This document shows positions 50,431-59,736 of a stretch of 64,000 nt of DNA, piece by piece (position 1 is the first letter of the stretch; the number at the start of each line of letters is the position of its first letter). The notes beneath the pieces are model-generated. The model did no database searches, was not told the origin of the DNA, and saw only the letters and a list, made by a program, of their open reading frames with translations. Origin of the DNA: Basidiobolus meristosporus CBS 931.73 (taxonomy: Eukaryota > Fungi > Basidiobolomycota); the NCBI GenBank assembly GCA_002104905.1, contig MCFE01000256.1, positions 48,680-112,679 on the forward strand, in the 5' to 3' direction. A program made the translations under genes and the position numbers.

Positions 50431-53400
50431 CTAAATGTTCATACTGACTAGTCCTAATTTTGACCTAAGATATTCAAACTTGTCTCTGGCTAATGGTTTG
50501 GTAAATATGTCTGCAATCATTTCATCTGTAGGACAGTAAACTAAGCTAACTAAGTTATTCTCTATAGCTTCACGTATGAAATGATGTCTAATATCTATGT
50601 GCTTGGTTCTGGCATGAAAAGTTGGATTTCTACCTAATTGTATACATCCTTGATTATCTTGAAATAAAGTAATAGGCGTTTTTTGACATAGGCCTAAATC
50701 TGTAAAGAGCTTTCTTAACCACATTGCTTCTTTTGTAGCTTCACAGGCTGCCATATACTCTGCCTCTGTAGTAGAAAGTGCTACGGTTGGTTGCTTTCTT
50801 GAATTCCATGAAATGGCTCCTTTACAGTAAAGAAAGGTGTATCCTGTGGTGGATCTTCTGTCTTCTAAATTTCGTCCCCAATCAGCATCAGAGTATCCCA
50901 CAAGATCCTGTTCTGAATCCTTATAAGTGTATCTTAAACAGATATCAGCAGTTCCTTTTAGGTATCTAAAAATCCGCTTAACTGCTGCAATATGATCAGA
51001 TCCATAATTCTGATTATGTTGGCTGGCAACTCCCACTGAATATGAGATATCTGGACGTGTTCCAAGCATGATATACATCAGACTGCCGACCATAGATTGA
51101 TAAGGAAAGTCAGGGCTTTCAGATGGCACCAAGCTCTCTTGATTTGGTTGAGTTTTGACCAAGTTAAGGTTTGTCTCCATTGGGGTAGCTGCCGGTTTAC
51201 AGTCTTCCATTTTGTACTTCTTTAGTATATCTTGAATATACTTGGATTGGCTTAGGGTAATAGTCTGGGTACTTCTGTCTATGGAGAACTTAATCCCTAA
51301 GTAGTAACTAAGTTCTCCTAGATCGGACATCTTGAACTCCTTAGATAGGCTGGATTTAGTCTCTTCCAATGTTTCTAGGTTATTGGCGGCTATAATAAGA
51401 TCATCCACATATAGAGCTAATAGAACTGGATTTGCTCTATCTGGCTTATAGTATATACTATAGTCAGCATTACTCCTTTTGAAACTCAAAGATTCCAAAT
51501 AAGAATCTATCTTGCAATTCCAGGCTCTCGGTGATTGTTTGAGACCATATAGTGACTTTTTAAGCTTGCAGACCAAATGGGGGTTATCTTGGTCAACAAA
51601 ACCATCAGGCTGGTCCATATACACGTCCTCATCAAGTTCTCCATTCAAAAATGCAGTTTTTACATCCATTTGATGAATAAAAAACTTATATTTGGCTGCA
51701 ATAGCCAATATTAATCTGATGGAATTAAACTTGGCTACCGGTGCAAAGGTCGCAGTATAGTCAAGTCCTTTTGTTTGAGAGTATCCTTTGGCTACAAGTC
51801 TTGCTTTGTACCTTTCAATTGTACCATCAGCCTTGTATTTTGTCTTGAAGACCCATCTGCATCCAATTGATTTTCGGTTGATTGGTAATTTGACTAAGTC
51901 CCAAGTTTGATTTTCCATCAGGGCCTGATATTCCTCAGTCATTGCAGATCTCCAAAACTTTGTCTGAGGGCTATTTAGGGCCTCTTTTACAGTCTGGGGT
52001 TCATCAACATGGACTGAATAGGCATAGGCCAAGTTTGTACCCTCATTGATATAGTAATTTGGGCTATTTCTTGTCCGATTGGATCTCCGGGCATTTGATA
52101 CTGGAATGATCACTTCTGGGATATTCCTGGGCACTGATTCTGGCTGAACCACGGTTGTAGAGTCCTCTGGAGTGAAAAAATTTTCATTGTTTTGCTCTGA
52201 TTCAATCCTGACAATTGGTGGACTTGAGATCAAATTTTCGTCATCATCTGATGTCATTTTTTGTGAAAATTTTGAATTTTCATCAAACAACACATCCCTG
52301 GACTTGATCAGCTTCTTTGCTTCGGTATTGTAGAGTCTGTATGCCTTACTCTCATTGCAGTAGCCCAAAAATATGCATTTTACACTTTTTGGCTCAAATT
52401 TTGACTGATTTCCGGCCAGTTTTTTGGCATATGCTGTACACCCAAATATTCTTAGATGTTCTGCACTTGGTCTGTATCCATACCATGCTTCAAATGGAGT
52501 AGAATCACAAAGTATTCTGTTATAACTCCTATTTTTAAGATATACAGCAGTGGCAACTGATTCCGCCCAAAAATCATAGGATAATTTTTGATCATGGATC
52601 ATAGATCTTGCCATATCAATTATTGATCTGTTAGCTCGTTCTGCTACTCCATTTTGCTGTGGGGAGTATGGTACAGTAGTCTCTTGCTTTATCCCATGAA
52701 TTTTGCAGAAGTGGATGAAGAGTTTTGAGGTATATTCTCCACCATTGTCAGAGCGTATTTTCTTGATTTTTTCACCAGTTTCTCTCTCCACCATGGCTTT
52801 GAACTCCCTGAGCTTAGACAGAGCTTCTTCCTTTCTCTCCATGAAGTAGACCCATGTGTATCTTGTATAATCATCAATAAAAGTGATTAAATACTTCATC
52901 CCGCCTAAGGATAAATTTTGCATAGGTCCACACAGATCTGAGTGAATTAGATCTAATTTTTTCTTAGTTTTGATTAACCCAGAGCTCTTGAACGGTTGTC
53001 TGGCTTGTTTCCCATATATGCAGGCTTCACAGTGCTCCAAAATAGCTGGGGGATCAATTTTCACTCCAGAAATTAGCTGATCTTTGATCATTTTATGCAA
53101 ATAATCAAAATTGATGTGTCCAAATCTCCTGTGCCAAAGCATTGGTGTTTCTTCATTTAAGTTACTTATATTGGCTTCCAGATATGATGGAATATAAGTC
53201 AACTTGTATAGATTCTGATCTCTGATGCCCGAAGCAATATGGGCACCATTTTGATCAGTGATCCTACATCCAGAATTGTCAAAACTGAAACTGAGTCCTT
53301 CTGCTGTGGCCTTGCTTACAGAGAGTAGGTTCTTGGCTATTTCTGGTACATAGAGTACTTCTTTAAAGGTCAGTGTATGGCTTCCTTCACTGCTTCTAAG

Positions 53401-54402
53401 GTTTACTTGGATAGTTCCTTCTCCCACTGCATCAAGTGTTCTATCGTCACCCATGAAAACCTTCTTAATTGGAATTTCTTGATATTGGGTCAAAAGTTCT
53501 TTTTGGTGTGTAAAGTGTTGAGAAGCTCCAGAGTCAATATACCACGTCTGAGAATCCTTGTTTGTGGTCATATTTAGTGCAGATATGAATAGTCTATCTT
53601 CAGTTGTTGCAGCATTTCCATATTCAGGCTTCTTTTGCTGATAATCTCTCTTTTTGAAACACCGGTCTGATGTGTGTCCTTTCCTTTTGCAGTAGTTGCA
53701 AAATAGGTTGCTGTTGCCTTTGTAGGGTCTTGGGTACCTCCTTTGTTGGTTATCATTGCTTATTAAAGCATTTTCTTCTTCCTTCTTATTGGCGCTTGAT
53801 TTTCTTAATTCTTCATCCAGGAGCCTTCCATATACGTAATTTAAGGTCAAATCTTCAGTTCTGGACTCTAGGGCTGATACAAGGCCCTGAAACTCGTCTG
53901 TCAGGCTATTCAGGATGGTAACTATCACATCCTCATCAGTAGTTGGTACGCCCACAGATTCCATCTCATCTACCAGCAGGGTAATTCTGTTAATTAGATT
54001 TTTCATTTCTTCTCCTGGCAGCATCTTTGTAGTAAAGAATTTTCTTCTCAGATACATTTTCTTGGCAGCTGAACATGACTGGTAGGTGTCTTCTAATGCT
54101 TTCCAGGCATTCTTTGCCGTTTTTGCTCTTGAGCATTGAATTAGCAATTTGTCCTTGACATTAAGGCAAATGCAGTTAAAGGCACTTTGTTCTTTCTTCT
54201 GGTACTTCAAGGCTTCCTCTCCCACGTTTTTAGGAGGGCATTCTTCTCCCATGACAATATCCCAAAGGCCTCTTTCTTGTAGCAGCATCTTCATCTTCAC
54301 CTTCCACACTTGGTAGTTAGATCCATCCAACTTTTCAGCAGAGGGAAAAATTCCAGTAATAGCAGTAGTAGACATTGCAGAGAGTGACAGCTCGGGGCTC
54401 AT
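50431..54402 (-). CDS. Copia Gag-Pol polyprotein (~1,323 aa from the ATG within the PBS)
   Basis: Gag (KLDGSNYQVWKVKM; CNYCKRKGHTSDRC), protease WYIDSGAS, GAG-pre-integrase HRRFGH..CEAC, integrase (HSDLCGP, SDNGGEY, ERANRS), RT (YVDDL) and RNase H (YSDADWG, EAEYMA, ADIFTK). Confidence 0.97.
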   Translation of the reverse strand: MSPELSLSAMSTTAITGIFPSAEKLDGSNYQVWKVKMKMLLQERGLWDIVMGEECPPKNVGEEALKYQKKEQSAFNCICLNVKDKLLIQCSRAKTAKNAWKALEDTYQSCSAAKKMYLRRKFFTTKMLPGEEMKNLINRITLLVDEMESVGVPTTDEDVIVTILNSLTDEFQGLVSALESRTEDLTLNYVYGRLLDEELRKSSANKKEEENALISNDNQQRRYPRPYKGNSNLFCNYCKRKGHTSDRCFKKRDYQQKKPEYGNAATTEDRLFISALNMTTNKDSQTWYIDSGASQHFTHQKELLTQYQEIPIKKVFMGDDRTLDAVGEGTIQVNLRSSEGSHTLTFKEVLYVPEIAKNLLSVSKATAEGLSFSFDNSGCRITDQNGAHIASGIRDQNLYKLTYIPSYLEANISNLNEETPMLWHRRFGHINFDYLHKMIKDQLISGVKIDPPAILEHCEACIYGKQARQPFKSSGLIKTKKKLDLIHSDLCGPMQNLSLGGMKYLITFIDDYTRYTWVYFMERKEEALSKLREFKAMVERETGEKIKKIRSDNGGEYTSKLFIHFCKIHGIKQETTVPYSPQQNGVAERANRSIIDMARSMIHDQKLSYDFWAESVATAVYLKNRSYNRILCDSTPFEAWYGYRPSAEHLRIFGCTAYAKKLAGNQSKFEPKSVKCIFLGYCNESKAYRLYNTEAKKLIKSRDVLFDENSKFSQKMTSDDDENLISSPPIVRIESEQNNENFFTPEDSTTVVQPESVPRNIPEVIIPVSNARRSNRTRNSPNYYINEGTNLAYAYSVHVDEPQTVKEALNSPQTKFWRSAMTEEYQALMENQTWDLVKLPINRKSIGCRWVFKTKYKADGTIERYKARLVAKGYSQTKGLDYTATFAPVAKFNSIRLILAIAAKYKFFIHQMDVKTAFLNGELDEDVYMDQPDGFVDQDNPHLVCKLKKSLYGLKQSPRAWNCKIDSYLESLSFKRSNADYSIYYKPDRANPVLLALYVDDLIIAANNLETLEETKSSLSKEFKMSDLGELSYYLGIKFSIDRSTQTITLSQSKYIQDILKKYKMEDCKPAATPMETNLNLVKTQPNQESLVPSESPDFPYQSMVGSLMYIMLGTRPDISYSVGVASQHNQNYGSDHIAAVKRIFRYLKGTADICLRYTYKDSEQDLVGYSDADWGRNLEDRRSTTGYTFLYCKGAISWNSRKQPTVALSTTEAEYMAACEATKEAMWLRKLFTDLGLCQKTPITLFQDNQGCIQLGRNPTFHARTKHIDIRHHFIREAIENNLVSLVYCPTDEMIADIFTKPLARDKFEYLRSKLGLVSMNI

Positions 54403-54406
54403 AACC
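54394..54406 (-). promoter_or_regulatory. Primer-binding site for a half tRNA-iMet
   Basis: GGTTATGAGCCC directly follows the 5' LTR and is complementary to the tRNA-iMet anticodon arm GGGCUCAUAACC. The same site is at 9206-9218 and 58425-58437. Confidence 0.9.
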
Positions 54407-54790
54407 TGTTGTAAGAGTCTTGGAGATATTGGAAGTGATTGGGAGGACAAGTAGATTATGTGGTTTTCACTTAATGATTTATTGAATGTAAAAGTAGTAT
54501 TTATACTTTTACATGGTCTTGGCATTACAAACACGTAGAATAGGTTAAGGAAGGTCCCAAGAACATGTGTGCAAAGTTTGGGGCTGTTTGGACAACTTTG
54601 AGAATTTTCATGTTCTGGGTACCTGGTATTTTGGTGAAAATATTCTAAGTAAATCCCAACAAGGAATTTGGTCAGTATTCTCTAGGATTTGAAGATGATG
54701 ATCTAAGTGACTAAGTTAGGTGAATATTTAGGTGGAAAATACGAATTTTTACAACATATAAGAGTACATTTACTACTTGTACATCACTAT

Positions 54791-55126
54791 TACTGTAAAA
54801 TCTTGTGATTCCACCTAAATATTTATCTAACTGATTACCTACAAATCTCAGTGAATACTGACCAAATTCCTTGTTGGGATTTACTTGGAATTCTTTTACC
54901 AAACCACCGGACATCTAGAACATGGCATTTCTCAAAGCTGTCAAAGAAGCCCTAAACTCTGCTGAAATGTTCTTGGGTCCTTCCCACATATATGCAATGT
55001 GTGTATTTTGCCAAGACAATGCAAAAGTATTGATACCACTTTTACATAAAATATATCATTAAGTGAGAATCATGTAATCTACTGCTGCTGCCATTTACTT
55101 CCAATATCTCCAAAACTCTTAAAACA
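54791..55126 (+). mobile_element. Old solo LTR of the copia family
   Basis: CCACCTAAATATT, ATACTGACCAAATTCCTTGTTGGGATTTAC and ACTTCCAATATCTCCAAAACTCTT match the LTR along its full length. Confidence 0.88.
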
Positions 55127-55641
55127 AGTATACCATTAGTCAAGAATTACAAAGCATACTTTGTGTGCCATTCACTACCAATAGCCCCACAATTTCTGTA
55201 AGAAAGACAACCCTGCTGCTACAGCTGTATAAAGAAGTGTTATTCAGTATATCAGTATATTGAGGAAATCTCATTGGCAAAAAATGTTGAAGCTTCAGGT
55301 GCAAGAATTATCACAGGAAACCCTATTGAAAGTAATTCTGATGATCCTTTCAAAAGGCTGTCACAAAATATATATCCTGTGAATAAGAGATATTGATTCC
55401 ACTAGGACACTGCACAAAACTAATTGGAAAAAACTGCACCTCAGATTCCACAAAAAACTTGGTCAACATATTTATCACAATGGTCCCAGAGTTACTTTTA
55501 GTTGGCTCACTGCCATTTCTCTCTCTTACTGATCCTGAGCACACAATCATCTCCTACATTTGTGAACAATGATTAGCTTTTGCCTTTTGATCACACTCCT
55601 TACTTTCTGACTCAGCCAATGCTCTTACTTTTCATGGATAC

Positions 55642-56111
55642 TGTTGTGAAGTATGTAATTCCACCTGAATACTCATATAACTAATCAACTTAGATCACAA
55701 CCTATACATATTAGTGAATCCTGACCAAATTCCTTGTTGGAATTTTCCTAGAGTAATTTCACTAAGTCATCAGGTACTCAGAATATCAAAATTCTCAAAG
55801 CTGTCCAAACAGCCTCAAACTCTGTACAAATGCTCTTGGGATCTTTCTAAACCAACTCTATGTGCTTATTTTGTCAAGACCATGTCAAAGCTTAAATACT
55901 GCTTTTGCATTCAATAAATCATTGAGTGAATACTGCATAATTTACTTGCTCCCCCAATCACTTCCAATATCTCTAAGACTCTTACAATAAGCAATGTGCT
56001 ACAAGCAGTCACTCTCTGCAATGTCTACTACTGCTATTACTGGAACTTCTCCCTCTGCTGAAAAGTTAGATGGATCTAACTACCAAGTGTGGAGGGTGAA
56101 GATGAAGATGT
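55642..56111 (+). mobile_element. Outer nested copia: 5' LTR (55642-55989) plus gag start, interrupted by the next element
   Basis: Degraded LTR and PBS, then ATGTCTACT..GTGAAGATGAAGATG cut abruptly by a new TGTTGTAAAA. Confidence 0.9.
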
Positions 56112-58075
56112 TGTTGTAAAAATTTGTAATTCCATCTAAATATTAACCTAACTTAGTCACTTAGATCATTACCTTCAATCCTAGAGAATACTGACCAAAT
56201 TCCTTGTCAGGTTTTGCTTAGAATATTTTCACCAAAATACCAGGTACCTAGAACATGAAAGTTCTCAAGGTTGTCCAAACAGCCCCAAACTTTGCACACA
56301 TGTTCTTGGGACCTTCCTTAACCTATTCTACATGTTTGCTATGCCAAGACCATGTAAAAGTATAAATACTACTCTTACATTCAATAAGTCATTAAGTGAA
56401 AACCACATAATCTACTTGTTCTCACAATCACTTCCAATATCTCCAAGACTCTTGCAACAAGTAATAAGCCCCAAGCTGTCACTCTCTGCAATGTCTACTA
56501 CTGCTATTACTGGAACTTTTCCCTCTGCTGAAAAGTTAGATGGATCTAACTACCAAGTGTGGAAGGTGAAGATGAAGATGCTGCTACAAGAAAGAGGCCT
56601 TTGGGATATTTTCATGGGAGAATAATGCCCTCCTAAAAACATGGGAGAGGAAGCCTTAAAGCACCAGAAGACAGAACAAAATGCCTTTAACTGCATTTAC
56701 CTTAATGTAATAGACAAATTGCTAATTCAATGCTGATGAGTAAAAAGGGCAAAAAATGCCTGGAAGGCATTAGAAGTCACCTACCAGTCATGTTCAGCTG
56801 CTAAGAAAATTTATCTGAGATAAAAATTCTTTACTACATAGATGCTGCCAGGAGAAGAAATGAAAAATCTAATTAACAGAATTACCCTGCTGGTAGATGA
56901 AATGGAATCTGTGGGCATACTAACTACTAATGAGGATGTGATAGTTACCATCCTGAATAGCCTGACAGACAAGTTTCAGGGCCTTTTATCAGCCATAGAG
57001 TCCAGAACTGAAGATTTGACCTTAAATTACATATATGGAAGGCACCTGGAAGAAGAATTAAGAAAATCAAGCACCAATAAGAAGCAAGAAGAAAATGCTT
57101 TAATAAGCAATGATAACCAACAAAGGAGGTACCCAAGACCCTACAATGGCAACAGCAACCTGTTTTGCAACTACTGCAAAAGGAAAGGACACACATCAGA
57201 CCAGTGCTTCAAAAAGAAAGATAGTCTGCAGAAAAAGCCTGAATATGGAAATGCTGCAACAACTGAAGATAGACTATTCATATCTGTACTAAATATGACC
57301 ACAAACAAGGATTCTCAGACGTGGTATATTGACTCTGGAGCATCTCAACACTTTACACACCAAAAAGAACTTTTTACCCAGTATCCAGAAATTCTAATTA
57401 AGAAGGTTTTCATGGGTGACAATGGAACACTTGATGCAGTGGGAGAAGGAACTATCCAGTAAACCTTAAAGGCAGTGAAGGAAGCCATACACTGACCTTC
57501 ATAGAAGTAATATATGTACCAGAAATAGCCAAGAACCTACTATCTGTAAGCAAGGCCTCTGCAGAAGGACTCAGTTTCAGCTTTGACAATTCTGGATGCA
57601 AGATCACTGATCATAAAGGTGCCCATATTGCTTTGGGTATCAAAGATCAGAATCTGTACAAGTTGACTTATATTCCATCATATTTGGAAGCCAATATAAG
57701 TAACTTAAGTGAAGAAACACCAATGCTTTGGCACAGGAGACTCGGGCATATCACTTTTGATTATTTGCACAAATTGATCAAAGATCAGCTAATTTCTGGA
57801 GTAAAAATTAATCCCCCAGCTAGTTTGAAGCACTGTGAAGCCTGCATATATGGGAAACAAGCTAGACAACAGTTCAAGAGCTCTGGGTTAATCAAAACTA
57901 AAAAAAAATTAGATCTAATTCACTCAGATTGTGTGGACCTATACAAGATATATGTGGGTCTACTTCAAAGAGAGAAAGGAAGAAGCTCTGTCTAAGCTCA
58001 GGGAGTTTAAAGCCATGGCAGAGAGAGAAACTGGTGAAAAATCAAGAAAATACGCTTTGACAATGGTGGAGAATA
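56112..58075 (+). mobile_element. Middle nested copia: 5' LTR (56112-56459), gag-protease-integrase with stops, interrupted in the integrase DNGGE region
   Basis: LTR, degenerate PBS (AGTAATAAGCCCC) and broken gag/pol; ends at GACAATGGTGGAGAATA followed by a new LTR. Confidence 0.93.
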
Positions 58076-59736
58076 TGTTGTAAAAATTCGTATTTCCACC
58101 TAAATATTCACCTAACTTAGTCACTTAGATCATCACCTTCAAATCCTAGAGAATTCTGACCAAATTCCTTGTCGGGATTTACTTAGAATATTTTCACCAA
58201 AATACCAGGTACCCAGAACATGAAAATTCTCAAAGTTGTCCAAACAGCCCCAAACTCTGCACACATGTTCTTGGGACCTTCCTTAACCTATTCTACGTGT
58301 TTGTAATGCCAAGACCAGCTAAAAGTATAAGTACTACTTTTACATTCAATAAATCATTAAGTGAAAACCACATAATCTACTTGTTCTCCCAATCACTTCC
58401 AATATCTCCAAGACTCTTACAACAGGTTATGAGCCCCAAGCTGTCACTCTCTGCAATGTCTACTACTGCTATTACTGGAATTTTTCCCTCTGCTGAAAAG
58501 TTGGATGGCTCTAACTACCAAGTGTGGAAGGTGAAGATGAAGATGCTGTTACAAGAAAGAGGCCTTTGGGATATTGTCATGGGAGAAGAATGCCCTCCTA
58601 AAAACGTGGGAGAGGAAGCCTTAAAGTACCAGAAGAAAGAACAAAGTGCCTTTAACTGCATTTGCCTTAATGTCAAGGACAAATTGCTAATTCAATGCTC
58701 AAGAGCAAAAACGGCAAAGAATGCCTGGAAGGCATTAGAAGACACCTACCAGTCATGTTCAGCTGCCAAGAAAATGTATCTGAGACAAAAATTCTTTACT
58801 ACAAAGATGCTGCCAGGAGAAGAAATGAAAAATCTAATTAACAGAATTACCCTGCTGGTAGATGAGATGGAATCTGTTGGCGTACCAACTACTGATGAGG
58901 ATGTGATAGTTACCATCCTGAATAGCCTGACCGACAAGTTTCAGGGCCTTGTATCGGCCCTAGAGTCCAGAACTGAAGATTTGACCTTAAATTACGTATA
59001 TGGAAGGCTCCTGGATGAAGAATTAAGAAAATCAAGCGCCAATAAGAAGGAAGAAGAAAATGCTTTAATAAGCAATGATAACCAACAAAGGAGATACCCA
59101 AGACCCTACAAAGGCAACAGCAACCTGTTTTGTAGCTACTGCAAAAGGAAAGGACACACATCAGACCGGTGTCTCAAAAAGAAAGATAATCAGCAAAAGA
59201 AGCCTGAATATGGAAATGCTGCAACAACTGAAGATAGACTATTCATATCTGCACTAAATATGACCACAAACAAGGATTCTCAGATGTGGTATATTGACTC
59301 TGGAGCTTCTCAACACTTTCCACACCAAAAAGAACTTTTTACCCAGTATCCAGAAATTCTAATTAAGAAGGTTTTCATGGGTGACAATAGAACACTTGAT
59401 GCAGTGGGAGAAGGAACTATCCAAGTAAACCTTAGAAGCAGTGAAGGAAGCCATACACTGACCTTTAAAGAAGTACTCTATGTACCAGAAATAGCCAAGA
59501 ACCTACTCTCTGTAAGCAAGGCCACAGCAGAAGGACTCAGTTTCAGTTTTGACAATTCTGGATGCAGGATCACTGATCAAAATGGTGCTCATATTGCTTT
59601 GGGCATCAGAGATCAGAACCTATACAAGTTGACTTATATTCCATCATATCTGGAAGCCAATATAAGTAACTTAAATGAAGAAACACCAATGCTTTGGCAC
59701 AGGAGATTTGGACACATCAATTTTGATTATTTGCAT
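58076..59736 (+). mobile_element. Inner nested copia: 5' LTR (58076-58424), intact PBS, open gag-protease, interrupted by a gypsy element
   Basis: The ORF is uninterrupted to HRRFGHINFDYLH, where the sequence switches to TGTGGTGG. Confidence 0.95.

Larger units (their letters stand above)
50070..54756 (-). mobile_element. Ty1/copia LTR retrotransposon, intact and very recent (copy B)
   Basis: 350-bp LTRs at 50070-50419 and 54407-54756 differ at one position in my alignment; perfect TSD TATAA; PBS, PPT and a single uninterrupted ORF. Confidence 0.99.

Noticed and set aside
54403-54534. 44-codon N-terminal extension of Gag-Pol starting inside the 5' LTR (MFVMPRPCKS...), open in several LTR copies
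   Set aside because: Its ATG lies upstream of the likely TATA box (TATAAATA, 54498-54505 on the - strand), so it is probably not in the mRNA. The copies are too closely related for the shared open frame to show selection.
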